Source of the DNA: Eledone cirrhosa
Lineage: Eukaryota
Assembly: GCA_964016885.1 (NCBI GenBank)
Contig: OZ024750.1
Coordinates: 13,578,001 to 13,642,000, forward strand
Direction: 5' to 3'
DNA: 64,000 nucleotides
Below the pieces are notes generated by a model. It was not told where the DNA came from, did not search any database, and worked only from the letters and a program-made list of their open reading frames with translations. Of this stretch, positions 10,414 to 23,406 are shown in pieces (position 1 is the first letter of the stretch; the number at the start of each line of letters is the position of its first letter). The translations under genes were made by a program, and so were the position numbers.

Positions 10414-12109
10414 TATATATATACAGAGACAGGATTAAATACAGTATCAAAACCAAGTCCCATAATTTGATGACTGTTAGAACAGCCAGTGACTGGCTTC
10501 TGTTTATACCAGCAAAGAAATATAGAAGTTGATCTAACAGTAACAATAATGGTGATGGCTTAATGCAATATTAAATACAAGTTGAAAGTAAACAGTGAGA
10601 TACAGCAGGTAAGAAATATGAATGAGAGAAATTCCCATAAACAGCAAAAAGAAGACAATGAGTTCTTAAGCAGACCTAGTAATACAATCATAGACAAACG
10701 TAATCATATCCTCTCATTGTTGTTAGCCTGAAAGATAACCTAGTTTTGCAGTTGATAATTTAAACCCCCCTCCACCACCGCCACCACTGTACATACACAC
10801 ACTGATGGTGGTGGCGGTGGTAATATATAGTTTCCATTCGTAACAGACATAGAAACAATAAAAGACTGAAATACTTCCACAAGATTTAACTCAAAATAAT
10901 ATAAAGAAAGAACTAAGAAGACATTCTATCATTCATTGTATTAAGACAGAAAAATATGCAGTTTCTATTAAATTACCGAAGACTTCTTAACAGCGGACTT
11001 GCTCTCTTGCATCATCACGCATGATCTCTCACTCTTTAGAACATCTGCAAATGCAATGTTCTCTTTGATATTAACAGTCTTCAACTGTCTGGCATAGGAA
11101 GAACGTTCTGGTTTTATTGTCTTCCAAATTTTGTTCCTTTCATACATTAACACTCTTATTACCATGTTTCTAACGAAAATATTCAAGAACTTAGAACATA
11201 ACTTAAAGGTTCTTGGATAAAATTATGGAAGGATTTTAGATAATTATAAATACTTTTAAAACAAAGCTTTAGATCATAAAATCAAGGGCAGTTTCAAGAG
11301 GTTTTATATCAAAAGCATTAAAGACCTATTTTTGTTTTTCAATACACATGCAGGCATGGCTGTGTAGCTAATAAGAAGTTAAAGCTTAAAATATAATGAG
11401 AGAAGTTCTCAGAAATGAGCTCTTAAGCAGCTCTAGTAAGACAATCATAGTAAACAAAACTAAATGCTTTCATTGTTGAATGCAAGTAAAGGCGACCTGT
11501 AAAAAAAAAAACTATTCTTTGTGGTTCTGAGTTAAGTACCAAATTAGTGACTGGTACGAATAAGACCACCAAAAAAAATTCACTGCAATATGGCGAGACA
11601 CTACAAAGGCAGTTATACCACATCATCCTACACACAGGTTAACAAGGGATGCATTCAGACCTTAGATCGAGGGGGCTATACAAAAAATATATTGCATCTC
11701 CATCTCATGCTGTAGAAACTGGCTATGGGCCTGTGATCTGTCCTGGGGTGTGTGGGATGGAGACACAAGTTTCACAGGTTTCATGCATATCCTGAGTTCC
11801 CAGAGAGGGTCCAGAATGGAGCAAATCTTAACAATTGGCAACTGCATTTTTTTCTTGATTGATATATTTTCTTTAGCTTTAAGCTTTAAAAGAACAAATA
11901 TATCCTGCAATAATCTTAATCATTTAATAATCAACCCTTTAAGCCTTACAAACTTTTAATCCTAATAATACATTGACATCTTCCCCCTGACCCTATTATG
12001 CGTCATTCATTCCTCAGATCTGCAATTATTATTATTATTATTATTACTACTATTCTCACCGAGTAACCTCATACAAGCTTGTCTAAGACAACTTAAATCA
12101 TTTAGGGAA

Positions 12110-13311
12110 ACAACAATAACAACCTCTACAACTACCACCACCACTACTAATATTACTACTACTAGCCCCACCACTATTACTACTAACACTATCACTACTA
12201 CTACTAGCACCACCACCACTACTGCCACTACTACTACTACTACTACTACTTCCACTACCACCACCACCATCACTACTACTATTACCACCACCACCACCAT
12301 CACTACTACTACCACCACCATCACTACTACTACCACCACCACCACCACCACCACAACTACTACCTCTACCACCAGCACCACCACCACTACTACTACCACC
12401 ATCATCACTAATACCACCACCACCATCACTACTACTACTACCACCACCACCACAACTACTAGCTCTACCACCACCATCATCACTAATACCACCACCACCA
12501 TCACTACTACTACCACCACCACCACCACCACCACTACTACTACCTCTACCACCAGCACCACCACCACTACTACTACCACCATCATCACTAATACCACCAC
12601 CACCATCACTACTACTACCACCACCACCACCACCACAACTACTACCTCTACCACCAGCACCACCACCACTACTACTACCACCATCATCACTAATACCACC
12701 ACCACCATCACTACTACTACTACCACCACCACCACAACTACTAGCTCTACCACCACCATCATCACTAATACCACCACCACCATCACTACTACTACCACCA
12801 CCACCACCACCACCACCACCACCACTACTACTACCTCTACCACCAGCACCACCACCACTACTACTACCACCATCATCACTAATACCACCACCACCATCAC
12901 TACTACTACTACCACCACCACCACAACTACTAGCTCTACCACCACCATCATCACTAATACCACCACCACCATCACTACTACTACCACCACCACCACCACC
13001 ACCACCACCACTACTACTACCTCTACCACCAGCACCACCACCACTACTACTACCACCATCATCACTAATACCACCACCACCATCACTACTACTACTACCA
13101 CCACCACCACCACTACCACTAATACCACCACCACCATCACTACTACTACTACCACCACCACCACCACCACTACTACCACCACCACCACCACTACCACTAA
13201 TACCACCACCACCATCACTACTACTACTACCACCACCACCACCACCACCACTACTACCACCACCACCACCACTACCACTAATACCACCACCACCATCACT
13301 ACTACTACTAC
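12110..13311. repeat. (ACC/ACT)n cryptic trinucleotide array with higher-order units
   Basis: Recurrent ACCATCATCACTAATACC and ACCTCTACCACCAGCACC motifs; source of the poly-Val ORF artefact. Confidence 0.95.
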
Positions 13312-13710
13312 AGACTAATAATTCTTTTTATGAAATAGGATGAGTTTAAATGCTATAGGGAGAAAAGGATTAGTGTTGAGGGTTGGGGTAGTTTTCAGAA
13401 ACAAACTTCTTCCATTTTCTACACTTCATTCACCTGGTTTCTACAGGTAACACTGCCATCTTTTGTTTTCATCTCTAGTAACGGTTTCTGATTTAGGCAC
13501 AAGGCCAATCATTTTGAGGGAGGGGAAAGTCGATTAAATTGACCCCCAGTGTATTACTGATGCTTTATTTTATCAACCTCGTAAGGATGAAAAGCAAAGC
13601 TAACCTCGACCGGATTTTAACTCATAATGTAAAGCACCCTTCAGCACATGGCTACAATTTTTAAAGGATACAATTATATATAGTGAGCCCTAAATTAATT
13701 CCTGGAGACA

Positions 13711-13950
13711 TAGGGACCCAGATAGCTCAGATATTATTACTGCCCCAATATATAGATAGGGACCACATAGCTCAGGTATTACTGCCCCAATATATAGGTA
13801 GGGACCACATAGCTCAGGTATTACTGCCCTAATATATAGATAGGGACCACATAGCTCAGATATTATTGCCCTAATATATAGATAGGGACCACATAACTCA
13901 GGTATTACTGCCCTAATATATATGTAGGGACCACATAACTCAGCTATTAT
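13711..13950. repeat. 42-bp minisatellite, about 6 copies
   Basis: GGGACCACATAGCTCAGGTATTACTGCCCYAATATATAGATA at 13759, 13801, 13843, 13885, 13927. Confidence 0.95.
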
Positions 13951-13984
13951 CACTACTCCAACATATCTGTTTCAAGCCCAGAAG

Positions 13985-14240
13985 TTCATCAGGCCAGTGT
14001 TTATCCCAGTTTCTGTGGCATGAAGTGACTGAGAGTACAAGACTTCCCCTGGACAGGGTGCCAGTCCATCACAGGGTTAACCTCCCAGCTATTGCTGGTA
14101 CTCATTTTCAGTTAAGTATACTGGAGCAATGTGAAATGAAGTGTTTTGCTCAAGAACACAACAGACAACCCAGTCCGGGAATTGAACCCACAACATTTTG
14201 ATCGTAAACCCAACACCCTTACCAGTAAGCGACATGCCCT
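13985..14240 (-). mobile_element. tRNA-derived SINE family C
   Basis: tRNA-like head with B box GGTTCAATTCC, CORE-like GTGTTCTTGAGCAAAACACTTCATTTCACATTGCTCCAG, then AACCCTGTGATGGACTGGCACCCTGTCCAGGGG. Confidence 0.8.
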
Positions 14241-14985
14241 CACTAACTATTTATAGAGATCAACTATTATTGTAGTCATTTGCATTGGGATGCACATATT
14301 TCAAATTTTCTCAGTACTTCCTAATTCAACTGGTTTGTTTATGCTCATTATAATTAAGGTGAGACAATTAATGGAAGTTTTCAAATTTTAATATGGGAAA
14401 TTGGATGCTACTGTACAATGTGGTGAGTGTGACAATACTGCTGCTGATGATGAAGACCGAGGAAGAGGAGGAGGAGGATAATGATAAGAGTGAGGGTGAG
14501 GAGGAAGATAATGATGGTGACATGTTTTCTTTCTAATTTACAAGTGACACTAATGAATGGCTAGCTAGTCCCCCCACCCCCACCAGTCAACTACCACCCA
14601 GCAGCCAACATGAGGCAATAATAAAGAAGAAGCTATAGACAAGACATGAGAGAATAATCGGGGTGAAAGATAGTGAACAGTTACACAATAGTTCAGTGAC
14701 AAAACAGCACCCCCCCCCCCCCACCACCACCACCACCGCTACTCTACTCACATTGACAGTCAACTTAAGTAGACAGGTAGTTTTCAGCCAGTGTTCTTAT
14801 CCAAACATGACCTGGATCTCCCTGAAAATCCAGGTCAAATTTCTCCCTAAACATACCTAACATATCTAATTCTTTCCTTAATCAGATGAAAAGTCAGTTG
14901 ATATATATACATATATATAGTATTTAGAAAAGAAAACGTGTGTGTGTGTGTGGATCAACAAACATCATCATTCTCCTCATCATTA

Positions 14986-15127
14986 TAGCATAGTTACGTC
15001 CCTTTACGATCTGAGTTCAAATCCCGCCGAGGTTGACTTTGCCTTTCATCCTTACGGGGTCGATAAAATAAAGTACCAGTAATGCACTGGGTAATTGCTG
15101 GCCTTGTGCCTAAAGTAGAAACAATTA
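14986..15127 (+). mobile_element. SINE family A, 5'-truncated
   Basis: Near-identical to the reverse complement of 3915-4052. Confidence 0.9.
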
Positions 15128-15441
15128 TTTAACTGCAGTTTTCCCTGCTAGTAAGAGTTTGGACATGTCATGAGCTAGTGATTTCTCAGCTGCCCCACAT
15201 CCAATTCTAACCCTACCACTCAAATGTGGCAAGGCCTCTGGGGAAGATGAAGTTCTGCATGAGATGTTAAAAGCCTTAACTAGAGAAAGTATTCTCTGGC
15301 TGACTCATGTGTACCGGGTGTAATGGATCTCAGGAAAAGCACTTAAACAATGGCAATTGGGAATGATAATACTAATTTTCAAAATGGAGATGAAAGATTG
15401 CTCTATTTATAGAGGGATCTCCTTCTTAAGCCACCTTGGTA

Positions 15442-16105
15442 ACCAGAAGGTCTTACTACATGTGTGTGACATCATAACATTCTCTCACCAGAGGATCATG
15501 TCTTACTACATGAGTGTGACATTATAACATTCACTCAGCAGAAGGTCATTTCTTACTACAGGTGTGTGACATCATAACATTCTCCCACCAGATAGTTATG
15601 TCTTACTACATGTGTGTGACATAACATTCACTCAGAAGCTCTTGTCTTACACCATGTGAGTGACATCATAACATTCTCTCACTGGAAGCTTCTTCTAACT
15701 CCACGTGTGTGACATCATAATATTCACCCAGCAGAAGGTCATGTCTTACTACATGTGTGTGACATTATGATATTCACTTACTGGAAGGTCATATTTTACT
15801 TTCATGTGTGTGTGACATCCACTCACCAGAAGTTTTTCTCTTCCTACATGTGTGTAACATGGAGTTACGTCCCTTTATGATCTGAGTTCAAATCCTGCCG
15901 AGGTTAACTTTGCCTTTCATCCTTACGGGGTCGATAAAATAAAGTACCAGTAATGCACTGGGTAATTGCTGGCCTTGTGCCTAATGTAGAAACAATTATA
16001 ACATTATAACATTCTCCCACCAGAAGGACATGTCTTACTCCATCTAATGTGGCCTTATAATATCCACTCACTGGAACCTTACTTCTCACTTCATGTGCAT
16101 GACAT
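15442..16105. repeat. 50-bp minisatellite interrupted by a SINE A insertion (15863-15997)
   Basis: TCTTACTACA at 15451, 15501, 15551, 15601; unit CAGAAGGTCATGTCTTACTACATGTGTGTGACATCATAACATTCTCTCAC; the array resumes after the SINE. Confidence 0.9.
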
Positions 16106-18138
16106 CGATGCGGTGTAGTAACCAGAATTTACCAGTATTTAATGTGACAAAAGGAACCATGGCGTATGTTTTGTAAGTAATACATACCAAAAACAAATGT
16201 TTGTAGATCTAAATGTCCCAGAATTTGATTCATTACACTGAGGTAATCAGTAGTAGAATTTGGTTATTCTAGAATAGACAGATGCGATTGATACTAAAGT
16301 CATGTCTGCTTATAACATATCAAATGTCTTTTGGTTGTTCATACCTTTTTCATTACTTTTTTTTTATTTCCGTCATCAGGATTAGTAATAAGAATATTGA
16401 ATAGCTCTAAATCATGACCATTTCTCTCTACCACCTCTCTCCTTTCATCTCTCTCTCTCTCTCTAACCCTCTCTCCTTTCATCCACCCCTCTCTCTCTCT
16501 CTATCCAACCCTCTCTCCTTTCACCCTTCTCTTTCTCTATCCAACCCTCTCTCCTTTCACCCTTCTCTTTCTCTATCCAACCCTCTCTTTCTATTTACCT
16601 GCTTTCTATATTTTTCTTTAACTCACACACATGATATGTACAAACTTAAACATGCACATACATAGACTAAAGATGTTTCAAATGTTTCTTTTTACTTAAT
16701 ATTTCAAACAAACCTAACCATGCTGTCTGTCTGTCTGTCTGTCTGTCTGTCTGAGAGAGAAAGAGAGAGAGAGAGGGGGAGGGTAGTTCTTCCAACACAC
16801 AATAAAAAGAACTGGAGATTGAACGATGGTGATTAGGATGTAGCAAATGATTTATAGGTGAACCAATTAGTTAAATACTGTTGGTTTGTTTCAGTTTTGT
16901 AACAGCAATCACCACCACCACCACCACCACTACTACTACTACTACTACTTACACCACCACCATCATCACTACCACCACAACGACCACTATCCCAACCCAC
17001 CACCATTATAAGCACCATCATCACAATCACAACCAGCATCATCACAACCAGCATCATCACAACCACCACCACCACCTCCACCAACATCTCAAACACTATC
17101 AACATGCTGTTAAAGATTAGACTCACTTCCCACTGTATTCCATATTCAATGAATTTAAATAAATAAGCCTTACACAGTAATACTAACTAACTGATACATA
17201 CACTTACTCATATTCATACACATATCATCACATGTAATGGCTTCAACCTGTCAAAGTCTAATCCTGGTCCATTGGGCTTTCTCAATGGCATGCCCAATGA
17301 AACATTACCTTGAATATTTGTAATGGTGTGGCCTGCCTTAGGATAAGCCATATCTCATGTGACTGTGCTTAAAAAAAGTTGCCCATGACCAGTTTAAACA
17401 AACCATGTTATAAAGAAAATACTGGCTCACACAACCAGAAAACATTCATGCTGATGATAATTCATCATTATCATTATCATCAGCATCGTTTAACATCCAT
17501 CTGCCACGCTAGCATGGGTTTAGACGGTTTTGTTCCATTTGATGCGGGATTGGTCGGGAGACCGTGTCTCTGGTAGGTTTTTTATGGCTGGATGCCTTTC
17601 CTAACACCAACCACATTTACAGTGTGGACTGGGAGCCTTTTTACCATGTATTCCTCTACAATATATAACACTCCATCACCCCATAAACACTGGAACAATC
17701 CCTACACACATATGTAATCCATTGACTTATTTGTACTGAGAGTGAAAGAAATAGAAGTAAACTCAAGTTGGCTAACAAGCTTTACGTAATTGAAAATATT
17801 TCTAGTAAGTCAACTTAATCATGACAATTAGACCGGAACTTGCTATGTGCACAACACTTGACTGGAGATCATAAAAAGAGAGAAGAATACACAGATATCA
17901 CAGGTCTATGTATGTGTGTGTAGGTGTGTGTGTTTAACTGACATATATTGTATGTGTAACTGTGAAATGATATACTATAATGTCTGTTAAGTGCTTTTGA
18001 TGTTTTTATAACATTACCAATGAGCTTCAAAGCCAAGTAAGTGTAGGTACACAAACATATGTATAGTATTAGTTTATTGGGATCATTTGGGGATGGAGCT
18101 TTTTTTATACCAATAACTGATTGAGAGGGTAATATAAT

Positions 18139-18487
18139 TGTTTCTACTTTAGGCACAAGGCCAGCAATTACCCAGTGCATTACTGGTACTTTATTTTATC
18201 GACCCCGTAAAGATGAAAGGCAAAGTCAACCTCGGCGGGATTTGAACTCAGATCGTAAAGGGACGTAACTATGCTGGAAAGCATGGCGTCCGACCCTCTA
18301 CCGATACTGCCAATCCACCGCCTATAATTGTTTCTACTTTAGGCACAAGGCCAGCAATTACCCAGTGCATTACTGGTACTTTATTTTATCGTAAAGATGA
18401 AAGGTAAAGTCAACCTCGGCGGGATTTGAACTCAGATCATGCTGGAAAGCATGGCGTCCGACCCTCTACCGATACTACCAATCCAAC
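18139..18487 (-). mobile_element. Head-to-tail dimer of SINE family A with a single TSD
   Basis: Two consecutive copies; GAGAGGGTAATATAAT duplicated at 18123-18138 and 18488-18503. Confidence 0.9.
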
Positions 18488-18707
18488 GAGAGGGTAATAT
18501 AATGATATGTCGACTTTTAGTTTTAATAAACAGATAGCATTAAAATAATTTTAAATAAAAGGTTTCAGACCTCATTTTAATAACAATGATCATTTGAGAA
18601 TATTATTCATGATTATATTAAAAGCTTCGTCTGTGTCATCATCATCATCATCATGTTCGTTTAACGTCCATTTTCCATGCTAGCATGGGTTAGATGGGTG
18701 TATATAT

Positions 18708-19053
18708 CATCATCATCATCATCATCATCATTTTACGTCCGCTTTTCCTTGCTTGCAAGGGTGGGACGGGAACTGATTCTGGCTTGATTTCTACAGCTGG
18801 ATGCCCTTCCTAACAACAACCTCATTTACAGTGAGTGCTGGGTGCTTTTTTGCCGTGGCACCTCCACGACCACTTTGCAGTGGAATGATATGGGCCCCAG
18901 TCCCTATCATCTCATTTCTACAGCTGAGTTAACTGGAGCAATGTGAAATAAAGTGTCTTGCTCAAGGAAACAACACATCACCCAGTCTGCGAATTGAACT
19001 CACAACCTTTCGATTGCAAGGCAAATGCTCTAACCACTAAGCCATGTGCCTCC
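18708..19053 (-). mobile_element. tRNA-derived SINE family B, full length
   Basis: Reverse complement of 40806-41148. Confidence 0.9.
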
Positions 19054-19246
19054 ATGTGTATATATATATGTTTGTGTATACATATATGTATGTTTGTGTA
19101 TATATATATGTATGTTTGTGTATATATATATGTATGTTTGTGTATATATATGTATGTTTGTGTATATATATATATATATGTATGTTTGTGTATATATATA
19201 TATATGTTTGTGTGTATATATATGTTTGTGTGTATATATATATGTT

Positions 19247-19279
<33 letters not shown>

Positions 19280-19479
19280 GTTTGTGTGTGTATATATATA
19301 TATATATGTTTGTGTGTATATATATATATATGTTTGTGTGTGTATATATATATATATATATATGTTTGTGTGTATATATATATATGTTTGTGTATGTATA
19401 TATATATATGGATGTATGTTTGTATATATATATGTATATATATATATATATATATATGAATGTATGTTTATATATATAT

Positions 19480-20833
19480 CGAGACAATCACTTGATCACC
19501 TAAAGATCAGGGGAACATGCCATCAGATAGATTATATCCTTACCAGAAGACGTGATAGAGTGTATGTTGTAAACACTAAATCCCTCCCCCATGAAGAATG
19601 CACCTCCCAACATAGACTCATAGTCAGCGACCTCGTAGTCAGGACAAGACGTACTCGACAACAGAGGAGGACTATCCCCAGGAGAAAAATCTGGAAGCTA
19701 AAGGACCCCACAGCCAGTAATAAATTTAAAAGCATATTACTTGATGCTTTTGACAGTAAGGAAGAGCAATTAGAGTCGTACAATATAGTGGAAATACCTG
19801 AAAGCTAACCTGCTGAAGGCGGCAGATGATGTCTGTGGCTGGAGCAGGCCTATAGGCAGGAGGAGAGTAACATGGTGGTGGAACAGTAAGGTGGAGGAGT
19901 CAATTAAGGCCAAAAAGCAGGCTTGAAAAGTATGGCGGGATGGGGGAAGTAGAGAAGACTATCAAGTGGCCAGGAAGGAAGCTAGGAGACAAGTGTACTT
20001 CGCAAGAGGAGAAGCAGAGGAAAGAAAGTTCAAGCATGTTCTACAATGCGAGGACCAAAAACGTGAGGCGTTCAGGATTGCTAGACAATGTGTCAAGGAA
20101 AACAGTGATATTGTTGGGGAGAAGTGTGTCCTTGCCATCACTGACGCTGATAAGAAGGTAGCTTGGAAGTGTCACTACGAAAGGCTACTAAATGAGGAGA
20201 ATAATTGGGAGAAAGACAGTCTCCCCCCACATCGATCCAATAGAGGGACCAGCAGTGCTAGTTGAAGGTAGTATAATAAGTAAGGCAATCAAAGATATGA
20301 AGACGGGTAAGACGGCTGGGCCTTCGGAAATAGTTGCTGAAATGCTGAAAGCATCTGGAACAGTGGGACACACTATGGTTACCCGGAGATTAAACCAAGT
20401 CATACAGAATTGCGTCGTTCCGAAGGACTGGTGTAGCAGCATCATCATTAACTGCTACAAGGGTAAAGGAGATGCCCTAGATAGGGGAAACTATAGAGGT
20501 ATTAAATTAATTGGCCAGGTCATGAAGGTCACAGAAAAAGTAATAGCGCAACTAATCAGAGAGCGAATTGATCTAGATGAAATGCAGTTCGGGTTTGTGT
20601 CAGGTAAAAGTACCACAGACGCTCTTTTCATTGTACGACAACTACAGGAGAAGTACCTAGCTAAAAGTAAACCCCTATACTTAGCTTTTGTTGACTTGGA
20701 GAAAGCCTTTGACAGAGTCCCCCGATCCATTATCTGGTGGGCTCTTAGAAAAATAGGTGTTGATGAATGGCTTGTGAGAGCTATACAAGCCATGTATAAA
20801 GAAACAGTCAACAAGGTTAGAATTAACAACGAA
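19480..20833 (+). pseudogene. RTE-clade LINE fragment: APE endonuclease end and N-terminal half of reverse transcriptase, disrupted
   Basis: HQIDYIL...SQHRL (APE), TWWWN, YKGKGDALDRGNYRGIKL, QFGF, LYLAFVDLEKAFDRVP (RT); stops and frameshifts; both ends lost in (TA)n. Confidence 0.95.
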
Positions 20834-20852
20834 TAATATATATATATATATA

Positions 20853-21164
20853 TCATCATCATCATCATCATCATCATCATCGTTTAACGTCCATCTTCCA
20901 TGCTTGCATGGGTTTGGACGGGAGTTTTCCCACTTGAGGCAAGAGTGGTTGTCTTGCTCGTATAGGACTGTCTGGCAGGTTTTCTACGGCTGGATGCCCT
21001 TCCTAACACCAACCACGTTTACAGTGTGGGACTGGGAGGTTTTTAGCGTGTTACCTACACGACCACATTACAGCGTGGACTGTGTGTTTTTTTTGTCATG
21101 ACACCTACACGACCTCATTTGTTTCGGACTGGATGTTGTGGTACCAACATAACTTTACATTGAA

Positions 21165-21166
<2 letters not shown>
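20853..21166 (-). mobile_element. Repeat family D copy
   Basis: Reverse complement of 51600-51898. Confidence 0.85.
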
Positions 21167-21202
<36 letters not shown>

Positions 21203-21206
<4 letters not shown>

Positions 21207-21384
21207 GGCTTCTACAGGACTAGAACCGTTTCATTCGGGGGAAATCATCAGGAATCCCTGATGATTTCTCCCGATTTAAACAGTTCTAGTCCTGTAGAAG
21301 CCATTTCTATATTAAATATTTATACTCTGCCATGTGTTGAGTACCTTACTTACTGTGGTTACCCCCGATTGAACCTTGATTAAA

Positions 21385-21385
<1 letters not shown>
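21203..21385. mobile_element. Penelope-like family 1 fragment with inverted hammerhead pair (inverted repeat 21203-21306)
   Basis: Minus strand: TTC-CTGATGA-TTTC CCCC GAAT-GAAA-CGG TTCTAGTC CTG-TA^GAA. The plus copy has GAAA mutated to TAAA. The tail matches 8071-8135 reversed. Confidence 0.8.
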
Positions 21386-21424
<39 letters not shown>

Positions 21425-21425
<1 letters not shown>

Positions 21426-21636
21426 GAAACAAATGAGGTCGTGTAGGTGTCACGACAAAAAAACACACACTCCACGCTGTAAATGTGGTTGGTGTTAGGA
21501 AGGGCATCCAGCTGTAGAAAACCCGCCAGACAGTCCTATACGAGCAAGACAACCACTCTTGCATCAAGTGGGAAAACTCCCGTCCAAACCCATGCAAGCA
21601 TGGAATATGGACGTTAAACGATGATGATGATGATGA
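21425..21636 (+). mobile_element. Repeat family D copy (one internal module shorter)
   Basis: Matches 9325-9582 minus one ~48-bp module. Confidence 0.85.
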
Positions 21637-22030
21637 TACATATATATATATATCATCATCACTTAATGCCTATTTTTCCATGCTTGCATGGCTTAGACAA
21701 GTTGACCACATTATGAGACAAGTCTGGCCAGCTAACCATGCCATACCTTGCTCCAATGGAACAGTATTTTGGATGGGATTGGGACTTTTTACAGCTGGAT
21801 ATGCTTCCTAACACCAACCACATTTACAGTGTGGAAGTGGGTGGTCCTGTTATGAGACAAGTCTGGCCAGATGGCTGCACCACATACACAGACAGTGACA
21901 CACAGAGGAAGTTCTGTGGCTTTCACTGTCTTAACTCTTTGGAATACACCTTTGACTTGGATTCCTGCATGATGTTGACTCTAAACGCACTGAACTTAAT
22001 GCATGTAACCAAAGATAATAGTGGATTAGA

Positions 22031-22085
<55 letters not shown>

Positions 22086-22096
22086 TATATATATAT

Positions 22097-22330
22097 GTAA
22101 AAGGTAAACAGAAATAACAACACAATCGGTACAGTATATGGAAGGAATATATTAAGTTAACGCTTGATATAGCAGGAAGAGGGTCTTAACGTTTCCAATA
22201 CTAGTCCTTCATCAGAAGAAAGAATGAGAAATAAGATAGATTGAGGGGACGGGCCGGGTGTAAATGGAAAAAAAATGTCTTTAGATAAAAATAACAGGTC
22301 CATTAATGTTGACATATCTTACAGATATTT
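22097..22330 (-). mobile_element. Penelope-like family 3 fragment with ultra-minimal hammerhead (22184-22219)
   Basis: Minus strand TCTT-CTGATGA-AGGACTAGTATTG-GAAAC-GTT^AAGA; homologues at 47092-47310, 36495-36600, 58414-58483. Confidence 0.65.
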
Positions 22331-22341
22331 ATGTGTGTGCG

Positions 22342-22374
<33 letters not shown>

Positions 22375-22668
22375 CACCCTTGCAAGCAGGGAAAAGCGGA
22401 CCTAAAATAAGGATATATATACATACATACATATATATACACACAGACACACATAAATATCTATAGATACACACACACACACACCAATTTCACATCTACA
22501 GGATATATTCTTGGATCCCTACAACGTTCCAGTCCAGATATCCAGATGTCGGTCATGTTATTTTCAGTTGTGGTTTTCCTTAGTTAAACAAAATATATTA
22601 AATATAATAAGAAGGGAACTATCCTAACTTCCTCCTACAAATGACAGACAAATCACCAATACACACAC

Positions 22669-22712
<44 letters not shown>

Positions 22713-22953
22713 ATGTGGGTTATGCATGTATGCTATTGCGTATGTGTGTGTAGTTGGTACCTAGGGGTCCCTGCTGCATATAATTAACAAAACAAACATA
22801 TTTTTCAGACACAGAAGATCATGTCATTGTCAAATTGAAGGGCAAGAGTGTTTGGGTAAAAGTGTGTGTATATCAACTCCAGCTGAGAGGGGGGAGAAGA
22901 GAGAGAGAGAGAAGAAGCATACATGCACATACATATCAATATATCAATATACT

Positions 22954-22991
<38 letters not shown>

Positions 22992-23406
22992 GTGGTTGGG
23001 TATATATGTATACTGACACAACAATATCTTATGAAAACAAAACAAACTAAAAATATTTAAAGTGTTCTGGTCCTAAAAACATAATACACTCCACCCAGCC
23101 ACTAGACCCCCCAATCCGAAGCCATGAGACTCTTGCCATCCCCCTGACCTCCACCTATCTCTGATGAAGGTACTACACTGCCTGGAAAAATATGGGAGAA
23201 AACAAAAAAAGAAAAAACAGGATGGTTATGGTTTTCCTCCTTTGATAGTAGTAGTAGTAGTAGTAGTAGTAGTGTGTACATATATATTTCACATGGATTC
23301 TACAGCTGGATTCTGTTCCTGATGCCAACCACATTACACCTGAAACTTTCCAATTGTAAAGCAAACTTATTGACCATTTGGCTGAGCTGTGTCTACAAAG
23401 ATATAT

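Noticed and set aside
23155-23200. CTGATGA...GGAAAA as a hammerhead
   Set aside because: Stem II is possible but there is no stem III or NUH triplet in register.
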